A stretch of 37,399 bases of DNA from Octopus sinensis (GCF_006345805.1 NW_021832189.1:1-37399); one strand, 5' to 3'; counted from the first letter of the stretch, positions 1 through 11,287 are shown. Program-made: numbers and translations. Notes: generated by a model not told the origin, from the sequence alone.

Positions 1-166
1 CACACACACATACCACCACACACACAACACACACACACCGCACCACACACAGCTCTATAGATAGCTCGATCTCTCTCGTCGACTTGTACCTTTCGTACAT
101 GTAACACGCGTAACAACAGTCTCGTATCCTCAAGAGCATAGAAGCTCATCTCTTTCTGATAACACG

Positions 167-209
<43 letters not shown>

Positions 210-731
210 ACACACTCCACATTCATTCTACACCACCACCACCACCTCCACACCGGAAAGATATGAGGTGTTAACATCCGCTGAAAGTAGCAACTGCACA
301 CGTTTCGGTTGCTATAATTAAACAACTGGAAATGGAACGTTGCTTGGTTGTGATGGTGGCGGCGTGTGGTAGAGTTCACTAGTAATGGTGGTGGAGGTGG
401 AGGTGGTGGAGGTGGTGGTGAAGTTGCCGATGGTAGTAGCAATTTGATGGTGATGGTGAGGATGATGCTGGAAGTGGTAGTAGTGGTGGTGTCGGTGGTG
501 TCGGTGGTGGTGGTGGTGTTGACCTTCACGGTGAAGAATGCGGTGGTGGCAAAGTTACTCGTGATAGCGGTGTTGGTGGTGCTTGCGCTGATCGCGATGG
601 CGGCGCAACCGGCAACTTACGATAGCAGTGGTGGTCATGGTGATGATGATGGTGGTGGTGGCGCGATGGTGATGATGGTTGTGGTGGTGGTGAAAGTGAT
701 GGCGGCGTTGAAATGGTTCTGAAATGGTGGT

Positions 732-1095
732 GGCACTCCGTCGGTTGCGACGACGTGGGTTCCAGTTGATCCGATCAACGGAACAGCCCGCTCGTGAAAT
801 TTACGTGCAAGTGGCTGAGCACTCCGCAGATATAGGTACCCTTAACGTAGTTCTCGGGGAGATTCAGCGTGACACAGAGTGTGACAAGGGCTGGCCCCTT
901 TGAAATACAGGTACAACAAAAACAGGAACAAAGAGTGAAAATTGTAGCGAAAGGGTACAGCAGGGTTCGCCACCCCCACACCCCTGCCGGAGCCTCGTGG
1001 AGCCTTAAATGTTTTCGCTCAATAAACACTCACAACGTCCGGTCTGGGAATCGAAACCGCGATCCTACGATGCGAGTCTCCTGCCTTAACCACTG
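732..1095 (-). mobile_element. tRNA-derived SINE, family A, tail type 1 (head slightly truncated)
   Basis: Reverse complement matches the copy at 9565-9953 throughout (cagtggttaagg...ggtttcgattcccagacc...gagaactacgttaagggt...accgacggagtgcc). Ends in (CCA)n-like repeats. Confidence 0.88.
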
Positions 1096-1179
1096 AAATA
1101 ATAGGCAGTGATATTAATGTTGTTGCTTTGGATCAAAGACACTCCTGGCATGACCAACTTGTCAATGAAAAATAATAAT

Positions 1180-1721
1180 TTATCTTTATCTTTTATTTGT
1201 TTCTATCACTGGTCTGTGGCCATGCTGGGGCACCGCCTCTACAGGTTTAGTCTAACAAATCGACCACAGTACTTAGGTCTAAGTTTGGTAGTTATTATAT
1301 CGATCTCTTTGTGCTAAATCGCTTACTTACGGGGATGTAAACAAACAAACACCGGTTATAAAGTGGTGGCAGTGGTGGTGGTGATGGTGGGAGACAAACA
1401 CAAAGACACATCACGAATACGCGAATATGAATATAAATACACACACACATACACACACGCACACGCACACACACACACACGTACATGTATTTATGTACCA
1501 AGGGCTTCTTTAAGTTTCTGTCTTCCAAATGCACTCAAGTGGTGCCGGGTGGTGCTTGCGCTGGTGGCGATGGTGGAGCAACCGGCAACTTACGATAGCA
1601 GTGGTGGCCATGGTGATGATAATGGTGGTGGCGGAGATGGTGATGATGATTGTGGTGGTCCTGAGGCTATACTAGAAGGAACTTGCCCAAGGTGCCACGC
1701 AGTGGGACTGAACCTGGAACC
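1180..1721 (-). mobile_element. SINE family B copy with a foreign ~113-bp insertion
   Basis: Family-B 3' half at 1180-1410 (ctgtggccatgctggggcaccgcc) and 5' half at 1495-1721 (gaggctatactagaagg...cttgcccaaggtgccacgcagtgggactgaacc), split at 1540-1659. Confidence 0.75.
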
Positions 1722-1823
1722 ATATCGTACAAGTTCCACCGAAGACGACTTTGCCTTTCATCGGATGTAATCGATTATACCCCACCCCCAAATTGCAACC
1801 CTTGTGCCTTTTAGCAGAAAAGA

Positions 1824-1879
1824 TTCTTCTTCTTCTTCTTCTTCTTCTTCTTCTTCTTCTTCTTCTTCTTCTTCTTCTT

Positions 1880-1910
<31 letters not shown>

Positions 1911-1915
1911 TTGAA

Positions 1916-1969
<54 letters not shown>
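1824..1969. repeat. (CTT)n followed by (ATT)n microsatellite
   Basis: Direct reading: (CTT)n 1824-1909, (ATT)n 1916-1969. Confidence 0.97.
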
Positions 1970-2128
1970 GCGTGAAAGAGCGGTGCATGCCATCGTCATA
2001 TAAGGGTACACCAGGCACAACCATATGTGCGCAACATGGTGATCTCATATCAAGATAAACAGCACATGACCTTGCAGGTGGGCCCAAGTTTTCTTCAGAA
2101 TTTTCTTCAGGTCGAGTAGCCCATCCGC
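1970..2128 (-). mobile_element. 5'-truncated copy of (TAA)n-associated ~520-bp element (family D)
   Basis: Matches the reverse complement of the 3' ~200 bp of 10711-11233 (aagggtacaccaggcac...catgaccttgcaggtggg...ggtcgagtagcccatcc). Its 3' end abuts (TAA)n. Confidence 0.82.
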
Positions 2129-2156
2129 TATTGTTATTGTTATTGTTATTATTATT

Positions 2157-2592
2157 GCCTTTGCACAGCTTCTAACACTGGAGATGTACTACAGTGTCAG
2201 CTGTTCACTACCAGTAAACAAAGGTAACACCTCTTATTTTTCGAGCACCTTCCAGAGTATTCGAGCGGTTACATGCAGTGCTGTTTTCTGCACTTGCTCA
2301 CTGTCCCCAGGGCTCTGACAGTTATTGGTACTACTGCTACCTTTCTCATCGACCACAACTGCTTAACTTCCCAAGCTAACCTGTCATCTCTCTCGACTTT
2401 TCTTTCTTCCTTATTGCATACCTTGTTGTCAGCCGGGCATGCTATATCTATGATCCGGCATAGTTTGTCCAGCTTCCTATTCTCAATCTCATGGTCGCAC
2501 TGAATCATAAAATCCCATAGGATCTTTGCATTTCTATTTTCGACGATGCCTTCAGGTTTGTGGCCGTACCAATCTTTTGTTCTGTCAAGCCC

Positions 2593-2593
<1 letters not shown>
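2157..2593 (-). mobile_element. 3' fragment of RLE-type non-LTR retrotransposon (R4/Dong-like), degenerate
   Basis: Translates to WYGHKPEGIVENRNAKILWDFMIQCDHEIENRKLD..IIDIACPADNKV..KEERK..LAWEVKQLW..VVP...ALG, then RILWKVLEK* (stop 2234-2236). This is the C-terminal restriction-like endonuclease domain. A short 3' UTR and (TAA)n tail follow. Confidence 0.88.
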
Positions 2594-2652
<59 letters not shown>

Positions 2653-2659
2653 CATTATT

Positions 2660-3133
2660 CTTTTTTATATGTTTGACTTTTGCTTTACATTTGTACAAGT
2701 TGGCTCCAATTCTCACCAGAGACCTCAGAGACAACAAGTTGGAAGTTCATGTTGGTGTTTACCTAGGTGCCATATATTTGTTTTGTACTTAGTGTTGTAC
2801 TGTGAAGTTCTAAAAACCCATACGAAAATTATGTTTGTTTTAAAACTTGAGATTACATAGAAATATTTTGCGTAGGATATGAGCAGTTCCATGAGCACTA
2901 TCTTTTGAATTTCTGCCATTTTGGGGTTTCCTGGTATTTGAGTTTAGGTAGCAATCAGCCCCTTTGCTATCATTCCAGGGCACCTATGACAAAACAGATA
3001 TTGTTTTAAGCCTTCAGGTTCCCACATTTTGCTGATTTCTATTTCAAGATCTTTATATTTGCTCAGTTTTTGGTAGGTCTTGACAGATACGTTTTATATC
3101 GATTGGGACAGTCATATCAATGAGGAGGCATGA

Positions 3134-3138
<5 letters not shown>
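2660..3138 (-). mobile_element. Second RLE-type LINE 3' fragment, different subfamily, frameshifted
   Basis: Translation across frameshifts: KSCLLIDMTVPIDI-NVSVKTYQKLSKYKDLEIEISKMW...VIGAL.MIAKGADCYL.QIPGNPKMAEIQKIVLM.TAHILRK. Flanked by (TAA)n on both sides. Confidence 0.86.
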
Positions 3139-3167
<29 letters not shown>

Positions 3168-3181
3168 CATTATTATTATTA

Positions 3182-3242
<61 letters not shown>

Positions 3243-3292
3243 TAGTTTTATTTTTATAGCGTGCTTTCACTTCACTACCGAGCACAGCTCTG

Positions 3293-3328
<36 letters not shown>

Positions 3329-3411
3329 AAACATTTTGATTCGACCTTATGCAACTTAAAATCTTCGTCGGCTCATCACAGGAACCTGGCGCCACCAAAA
3401 CTACACAAAGA

Positions 3412-3518
3412 AACAAAATAGGGTTGAACACTTACTCTTTTATTTGTTTCAGTCATTTGACTGTGGCCATGCTGGAGCACCGCCTTTTAGTCGAGCAAAT
3501 CGACCCTAGTACTTATTC
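3412..3518 (-). mobile_element. SINE family B 3' fragment
   Basis: tttcagtcatttgactgtggccatgctggagcaccgccttttagtcgagcaaatcgacc matches the B 3' module. Confidence 0.8.
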
Positions 3519-3747
3519 TTTGTCTGTGTGTGTGTGTGTGGTTGCCAGTATCTACCTCTCTCTTTCCCTCTTTATCTCACCAGTAAATTAAGATAAAACT
3601 CTTTTCGTTAGCGGCTATAAATAGACAATTCTACAGAATATACACGCATTTCTCACCTTGGATCTGCTTACTGGCTGACATTGCTAACCGCAAATGGGTT
3701 AAATTACTCTTTTTCTTCTGATGATCTGGTGTAATGATCTGAAGTAA

Positions 3748-3824
3748 TTATGCAATCGTCTGACTAGCAATTACTGCATGGCATACTGGTATACGCTAGC
3801 GAAACACCTGTAAGGATTATGTAA
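3748..3824 (+). ncRNA. Degenerate hammerhead-ribozyme-like motif
   Basis: Stem I ttatgcaatcgt/aggattatgtaa (10/12 paired including G-U); CTGA at 3760; stem II ctagc...gctag; GAAA at 3801; stem III acacctgt; TA triplet. The CUGAUGA core is incomplete. Confidence 0.35.
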
Positions 3825-3967
3825 CTGATGATGTCACAATAAAGAAATAGGTACTAGAATCTCCAGTTTTATTCTACTCTTATACGCATATACGTACACA
3901 CATATATACATAGACGCACTCTCATATAAATATCTATATGTACACACACAGACAGACACACACATAC

Positions 3968-3998
<31 letters not shown>

Positions 3999-4083
3999 TA
4001 TTTTCTTTTATTATTATGGAATAACAGAACAGCGCGTGCCACAGATATACGTAGCTCAAAATATCCATCATGACTATCCATCT

Positions 4084-4312
4084 TATTTCTTTATTGCCCA
4101 CAATGGGCTAAACATAGATGTGACAAACAAGGACAGACAAAGTGATTAAGTTGATTACATCGACCCCAGTGCGTAACTGGTACTTAATTTATCGACCCCG
4201 AAAGGATGAAAGGCAAAGTGAACCACGGCGGAATTTGAACTCACAACGTAACGGCGACGAAACACCGCTAAGCATTTCGTCCGGCGCGCTAACGATTCTG
4301 CCAGCTCGCTGC
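4084..4312 (-). mobile_element. tRNA-derived SINE family C, full length
   Basis: Reverse complement of gcagcgagctggcagaatcgttagcgcgccggacgaaatgcttagcgg...gagttcaaattccgccg...cctttcatcctttcggggtcgataaattaagtaccag...aaagaaata. A- and B-box-like motifs present. Confidence 0.88.
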
Positions 4313-4768
4313 ATCATGATCATCCATCTGGTAAGGGTACACCAGGCACATGCATCACAACCATACATATGGTGACCTCATATCCAGATAAACAGCGCAT
4401 GACCTTGCAGGTGGGACCCAATTCGAATTTTCTTTAGGTCGAGTAGCCCATCCCGCTCAAAAGGTCCCTGAATAATGGTTGTTTAAGAATGTTGAACGAA
4501 ACACCCATGTTTCCAAGGGTGAATTATCCAAGCCCCAAAGAATTCCTCTCAACATATGGCTCGTGATCAGAGATGCACATATCGTCAGCCACTTAAGGGC
4601 ATGCTCAACTGGTTACGGTCAAGCAACTGACAAGCAAATCTGTGGTATTGAGCAGAATATTTGCTGTAGCCCATCTTTTATACCAAGACAACCATCTACA
4701 CGTTAATACTTCCAATCTATTAAGATCAGAAACCATGAAAGCCACTGCGTGGTATTGCATTCGGGCAT
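4312..4768 (-). mobile_element. Family D element, 3' end clipped
   Basis: Colinear with 10711-11233 and starts at the same 5' nucleotide (atgccc...). Confidence 0.85.
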
Positions 4769-4771
4769 GTA

Positions 4772-5100
4772 TATATGTATGTATGTATGTATGTTATGTA
4801 TGTATGTATGTATATATGTAATGTATGTATGTATGTATATATGTATGTATGTATGTTGTATTATGTAGTATGTATATATGTAATTATGTATGTTGTATAT
4901 ATGTATGTATGTATGTATGTATATATTAATGTATGTATGTATGCATGCATGTATGTATGTATGCACGTATGCATGTATGTATATGTATGTATTTATGCAT
5001 GCATGTATGTGTGTAATATACGTGTGTGTATGTATGCATGCACGTATGTATGTATGTATGTATGTATGTATGTATGTATGTATGTATGTATGTGTGTATG
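4772..5100. repeat. (TATG)n / (TA)n compound microsatellite
   Basis: Direct reading. Confidence 0.95.
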
Positions 5101-5346
5101 TACACGCAGATACACACGCACGCGCACACAAGACTTAGCAAATTCCTCATTCTGGCCTACTTTAAAACACAATCTGCTACTTTCTGCGGAGTTTTTGGTC
5201 TACTTATCTCGCAACTCCCACGTCGCTGGTGCCGTGGTTGGGACTGGCGGAGCGGGGTTGGGGATGCTGGTTGATAGAATTGGAACTGATAATTTGATGG
5301 CGGTTTTCAAGATGGTTCTTGTAAGTAAGAATGGTAGTGATGGCAA

Positions 5347-5383
<37 letters not shown>

Positions 5384-5449
5384 TTATCAGACCCGTTATG
5401 ATCAAGGGAGTTTCAGCAATGACTTAATTGTGTATCTAGAGCAACATGG

Positions 5450-5757
5450 TTCACAACAACCACCACCACCACCACCACCACCACCAGCACTGCTACCACC
5501 ACCACAACTACCAACAACGCAACCAATACTACCATCATCATCATCATCATCAATTCTACTATTACTACTACCGTCGCCACCGCCACCTTCACTACCACCA
5601 CCACCACCACTACTAATACTACTGCTACTAATACCACCATAACTACTACTACTACTACTACCACTATAACTACTACTACTACTAACTACACTACTACTAC
5701 TACCACTACTACCACCACCATAACTACTACTATACTACTACTACCACCACCATCATA

Positions 5758-5789
<32 letters not shown>

Positions 5790-5790
5790 A

Positions 5791-5831
<41 letters not shown>

Positions 5832-5889
5832 AACTACTACTACAACTACTACCACCACCATAACTACAACTAATACTAATACCACTATA

Positions 5890-5926
<37 letters not shown>

Positions 5927-6551
5927 ACTACTCTACTACCACCACCACTACCACCAAGTAATAACAGCCATAAACGCCTACCACCACCACCACCATCACC
6001 ACAACAACAACAGCACCTACCACCACTACTACCACCAGCACCATCCCATTCGGTTTTTGTAATTTGTTCTTTAGACAGTCGGCTGTGATTTGAGGGCAGT
6101 TTGGCTGCTATCTCTAGAAGTTCTCTCCTTGCAGGTTCTTCGTGATGGCGACAATGGTGGCAATGGTGGCGATGGTGGTGGTGGCGGAGGAGGTGATGTT
6201 GAGAGGTGTCGGTAGTGGTGGTCATGGTAACACTAGTTGTGAAGTTATTACTGTTGATTTTGTTGTTGTTCCGTCGTGGTGGTGATTGTGGTTTTGGTGG
6301 TGGTTGTGGAGGTGGTGGCGGTGATGGTTTGCGCCGGAAGTAGCGGTAGTGTTGGTGGTGATTGTATTACTGACTGGAGCAGTGATGGTCAGCTTAGGTG
6401 GCCGTTGTCATGGAGATGTGATTGACGTGGGCGTGGCGTTTATTTGGCAACCATTGTTTCAATGGTGGCAAACGTTAGTATTGGTGATAGTTGTTGTTGT
6501 AATGGTATTGTAATTGCCATTGTTGTTGCTGATAATGATGTTGACGATGAC

Positions 6552-6584
<33 letters not shown>

Positions 6585-7075
6585 GATGGGGTGGTGGTGG
6601 TGGTGGTGACGATGATGATAATAATGATGATGATGTTGATGATGATGATGATGGTGATAATGATGATGATGAAGATGGTGGTGGTGGTGGTGGTGGTAAT
6701 GGTTATGATAACGACGAAGATAATGGTGGCGATGATGATGAAGATGAAGATGATGACGACGACGATGCTGCTGTTGCTGCTGCTGATGATGATATGATTG
6801 TGGTGATGTAGTTAGTGGTGGCGCTAACGGTATTGGAGTTGCTAGATTGATGCTTATTTTACTGGTAGTATTGGTTGTGGTGTTAGTGAGGATGATGATG
6901 GTGGTGGTGGTGGTGGTGGTGGTGGTGGTCTTGGCACCAGCAAGAAACGGAAATTCCCGATTAGAATTTCGTCTCGTTCTTAGTTTTGGCATTTCGACGT
7001 CTGTTGACAGCACAAGTGGGGTGTGGCACTAGCAGTAGTAGCAACAGCAGCAGCAGTAGTAGTAGTAGTAGTAGC

Positions 7076-7117
<42 letters not shown>

Positions 7118-7150
7118 TGTTGTTGTTGTTGTTGTTGGTGGTTGTGGTGG
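5450..7150. repeat. Cryptic trinucleotide tracts: (ACT/ACC)n, (GAT/GGT)n, (AGT)n, (GTT)n
   Basis: Direct reading. Source of the poly-T/S/H/V/M pseudo-ORFs. Confidence 0.9.
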
Positions 7151-7261
7151 TGCTGTTGTTTGGCCACAGGTCAGGTCTGGTTGACCAGATGTATGGTCAA
7201 GCACGTTCCACCTATGAGCATGACCATACCATCTGATCTTCGGTCAGCATATTATACATTC

Positions 7262-7470
7262 TTTTATTCTTTTATTCTTTTAGTTGTTTCAGTCATTTTA
7301 CTGCGGCCATGCTGGAGCACCGCCTTTTAAGTCAAACAAATCCATCCCAGGACTTATTATTTGTAAGCCTAGTACTTATTCAACGGTCTCTTTTGCCGAA
7401 CCGCTCCATCATCGGTTGTCAAAGCGATATTGGGGGTACGAACACAGACATACAAACATATACACACACA
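7262..7470 (-). mobile_element. SINE family B 3' half
   Basis: cagtcattttactgcggccatgctggagcaccgcc...ggtctcttttgccgaaccgct...catcggttgtcaaagcga. Confidence 0.83.
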
Positions 7471-7473
7471 CGC

Positions 7474-7536
<63 letters not shown>

Positions 7537-7599
7537 TATATATATATTACAGCGATGCCTTGGTGTGCGGACCACCAAGAGCGCCGGCAGCAACGAACA

Positions 7600-7871
7600 C
7601 TTACGTGTTTCACTGGTACTTATTTTATAGACCCCGAGTGGATGAAAGGTAAAGTCGACCTCGGCGGAATTTAAACTCAGAACGTAAAGATAGATGAAAG
7701 CAATCTTGAAATTTTGAGATAAGGTTCTAGTCGAGTAGAGCGATTCCAGTGTTCGATCGTAACTTATTTCATCGATTCCGAAAGAATGAAAGGCCAAGTC
7801 GATCTCGGCTGAATTTAATCTGAGGACACAAAGCCGGCAGAAGCGTGCTAATAATTTTGCCAGCTCGTCGT
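7600..7871 (-). mobile_element. Two tandem partial SINE family C copies
   Basis: Module gatgaaagg..aagtcga.ctcggc.gaattt appears twice (about 7615-7690 and 7760-7830). C head remnant ttttgccagctcgtcgt. Confidence 0.7.
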
Positions 7872-8381
7872 CCAAGACAGAGTAACGGTTCTGTAAAGTG
7901 TCAGTTGACCAAAATTGATTGTTCTGTTTCTTTTTTCTTTAAGTTGACTCGTTTTTGGCACCGAATTTATTCAGAGTCAAAATCTGGACTTTGATAAATA
8001 TTTGGAAGAATATAGAATTGAATAGAAATATATAAGGAATGGTGAATAAACATCAATGAATAGCTAATATCGTCTTTTAGAAACTGAAGAATTCGCATAC
8101 ATGTAAAATGTCACGTATGTAAAATAGTAAGTTGAGAAACTTCAGTTCAGTAAGTTCACTTCCCAACCACATAGTTTCGAGTATAGCTCGGCTTAGGTGT
8201 TGTTGTTCGGTAACTTAGGTGAGTGTCTTCGACTAAAGCCCCGAGCAGACCAATGACTAGTGAATGACTGGAATGACTTGCGAATGGATTTGCTAGACCG
8301 GAAATATGTGTGTGTTGTAACTGTATTTCTCCTTCATCGCCTGATAAACCGTGTAGGTTTGTTTTTATGATGTATGTATGT

Positions 8382-8416
8382 ATGTATGATGAAGGACCTT
8401 GTCCGAAGCGTTATAT
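8382..8416 (+). ncRNA. Degenerate minimal type-I hammerhead motif
   Basis: atgt-ATGATGA-a-ggac(ctt)gtcc-GAAG-cg-tt-atat. Stem II is perfect and stem I is 4 bp, with two core substitutions (C3>A, A15.1>G). Confidence 0.5.
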
Positions 8417-8738
8417 TTTTACTCTATACATTTTTCTTTCTTTGCGCGTAAATATAATATCAGTTGTGAACGTCCCTTCAGTTTTATTGCCTTTTGTTTT
8501 GTCCATGCGACTTCGAATGACCCGTCCATGTTTTTTCTTGTCTCTTTTTTGTATCATCTAGCCGTCTGGATGTTTTGTGTTCTTGTCCCATTTTTTGTAT
8601 TCCTTTTTATATACATATAGCGGCGTACGTACACTTTGGTCTCTAATACACACACACACATACACACGTGACCGCGTGTGTACCGTTGGCGATTTTTTTC
8701 CCTCCGTCTTCCCTTCCTTGGATCTGTCCTTTTCCTAT

Positions 8739-8773
8739 GTTTCTGACGAAGAGCTCCGCCCGAAACGTTAAAC
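8739..8773 (+). ncRNA. Minimal type-I hammerhead ribozyme motif (Penelope-like-element type)
   Basis: gttt-CTGACGA-a-gagc(tcc)gccc-GAAA-cg-TT-aaac. Intact core, stem I gttt/aaac, palindromic stem III aacgtt, one mismatch in stem II. Confidence 0.7.
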
Positions 8774-8930
8774 CCTCCTTCTTTCCTTCTTCCCTGAGCG
8801 TCCAATAACACTATACTTGTTCCACATCCTCGCGTTGTTGTGTTTTTTCTTTGTGTTTTCATGTTTGGATTAACTTTATATATATACATATACATATATA
8901 TATATATATATATATAGATGCAAATATATA

Positions 8931-9068
8931 CCCTCGTAACTTAGCGGCTGGTCAAAAGAGATCGAAATAATAAAAATCAAACTTTTAAAAAATGTATTGG
9001 TGTCGATTTTTTCGGCTAAACTCTTCAAGGTGGTACCCCAGCATGGCCGCAGTCCAATGATAAAAGAC
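8931..9068 (+). mobile_element. Diverged SINE family B 3' fragment
   Basis: cgtaacttagcggctggtcaaaagaga...ccccagcatggccgcagtccaatga. Confidence 0.65.
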
Positions 9069-9564
9069 AAAAAAAAAATAATACCGCCAAATATTGTGAG
9101 AAGAATTATTATCTCCCTTGTGAGAGGAGCTGCGTAAACTAGGATAACCCCACGTGTTGCTCCCTCTTTGGCGCCTAAAGACATCTGTTCGCTCACTTCG
9201 GTTAGCTGATCCAGGTTGCGATGCGAAATCTACTCGCAAATTCATCAGAACTCGTTCGTAGATATACTCCTATTTCTGACTCAAGCTACACAATGTTTTT
9301 TCCATGTTTTGTGTCTATCGTATTAGATTCATTTCAAGATGATACGCTTACAACAACAACAGCAACAACAACAACAGCAATAACGATGAGAACAACGGGA
9401 GTAACCAAACTGATAGCATAGTGAATATAATACGCAAGAACGTTTTGTTTTCTAAGATTGAGTTACACGTGTTTACATAGGCGACATTTTGAGAGTCAGC
9501 GTGTGAGCTCGCGAACTTGTAAACTTTTGTTGACCTCGTTTGTAACTAACTTATGTTACTCTCC

Positions 9565-9953
9565 GGAGGCGCAATGGCCCAGTGGTTAGGGCAGCGGACT
9601 CGCGGTCATAGGATCGCGGTTTCGATTCCCAGATCGGGCGTTGTGAGTGTTTATTGAGCGAAAACACCTAAAAGCTCCACGAGGCTCCGGCAGGGGATGG
9701 TGGTGATCCCTGCTGTACTCTTTCACTAAAACTTTCTCTCACTCTTACTTCCAGTTTCTGTTGTACCTGTATTTCAAGGGGCCGGCCTTGTCACTCTCTG
9801 TGTCACGCTGAATATCCCCGAGAACTACGTTAAGGGTGCACGTGTCTGTGGAGTGCTCAGCCACTTGCACGTTAATTTCACGAGCAGGCTGTTCCGTTGA
9901 TTCGGATCAACCGGAACCCTCATCGTCGTAACCGACGGAGTGCTTCCAACAAA
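9565..9953 (+). mobile_element. tRNA-derived SINE family A, tail type 1, full length with 12-bp TSD
   Basis: A-box tggcccagtggttagg, B-box ggtttcgattccc. TSD atgttactctcc at 9553-9564 and 9954-9965. Confidence 0.93.
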
Positions 9954-9969
9954 ATGTTACTCTCCAGAA

Positions 9970-10170
9970 CAGTGCTTTTCAACCTTTTTGCTGGAGCGGA
10001 ACCCCAAGGAAACATTCCACTGGTTCAAGGAACCCCTGTGCAATAATTTAATAGTCTTATGCACACATATCTGCACAGGAGAATTAAAAATTATTGCCGA
10101 TTATAGCATTTTTGTAACTTCTTGCGGAACCCTTGCACTGTACTGGCGGAACCCTGGTTGAAAACCACTG
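9970..10170. mobile_element. hAT-superfamily MITE (201 bp)
   Basis: TIRs cagtgcttttcaacc / ggttgaaaaccactg (14/15 complementary). 8-bp TSD ctccagaa at 9962-9969 and 10171-10178. Confidence 0.93.
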
Positions 10171-10299
10171 CTCCAGAAGATAATTTGTGGAAGTAATAAT
10201 AATAATACGGAAACCGGACATTGTTTTGGTGAATAAAAAAGAAAGAACATGTATAATAATCGACATAGAGTCCACGGTGACAACAGGATGAATGTGAAA

Positions 10300-10425
10300 G
10301 AAGAAGAAGAAGAAGAAGAAGAAGAAGAAGAAGAAGAAGAAGAAGAAGAAGAAGAAGAAGAAGAAGAAGAAGAAGAAGAAGAAGAAGAAGAAGAAGAAGA
10401 AGAAGAAGAAGAAGAAGAAGAAGAA
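10300..10425. repeat. Pure (GAA)n, about 42 units
   Basis: Direct reading. Confidence 0.97.
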
Positions 10426-10657
10426 TACAACTATGACGAATTGAAGTGGGAAATACCAAGAGTTATGGTCAATGTAGTATCAGTCTGGTTCGGATAGTTT
10501 GCCCTACGAGCTTTACGCTTAAATGCCAAGCTTGTTCGACAATATCTTCGCAAAGGTTTACTGCAACTGGCAACAGAATGAGAGAATTCCCAGTTTTGTG
10601 AACCGAGAAGCAGTGGACTTGCTGAGAAAAGACCCGAAGAAGGGGGAATGCACTGAC

Positions 10658-10710
<53 letters not shown>

Positions 10711-10712
<2 letters not shown>

Positions 10713-11233
10713 GCCCTGATGCAGTACCAGGCAGTGGCTCTCATGGCTTCTGATCTTAACTGATTGGAAGTGTTATCATGTACATTGTTTTGTCTTGGTA
10801 TAAAAGATGGGCTACAGCAAATATTCTGCTTAGTTGTTTGACCTTAACTAGTTGAGCATGTCTCTTTAGTGGTTGACGATATGTGCATCTCTGATAATGA
10901 ACAGAAGTAGTGGGGTAGCATCATAGCCATTTGTTGAGGCGAATTCTTCGGGGTTTGGATAATTCACCTTTGGAAATATGGGTGTTTGATTCACATCCTT
11001 AAACAACCCTTATTCGGGGACTTTTTGAGCGGGATGGGCTACTCGACCTGAAGAAAATTCTAACTGGACCCCAACTGCAAGGTTATGCGCTGTATATTTG
11101 GATATGAGATCACCATGTCGCGCACATATAGTTGCGATGCATGTGCCTGATGTACCCTTATCATGATGGACATGCAAGGCTTTGTATATTTCACCCCAGG
11201 GTCACTTTGATAGCATGCACTGCTCTCTCACTC
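10711..11233 (+). mobile_element. Family D element, apparently full length (~520 bp), embedded in (AAT)n
   Basis: (AAT)n on both sides. Homologous to 1970-2128 and 4312-4768. No ORF and no recognisable tRNA head. Confidence 0.85.
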
Positions 11234-11252
11234 AATCACAATAATAATAATA

Positions 11253-11287
<35 letters not shown>

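Noticed and set aside
1-120. Irregular CA/CT repeat mixture at the window start
   Set aside because: Looks like degraded microsatellite or low-quality consensus; no interpretable structure.
9565-9640. SINE heads as functional tRNA genes (also 12881, 22699, 26387, 28933, 33766, 35478)
   Set aside because: They have A/B boxes but no closed acceptor stem or full cloverleaf, and they continue into repeat bodies.
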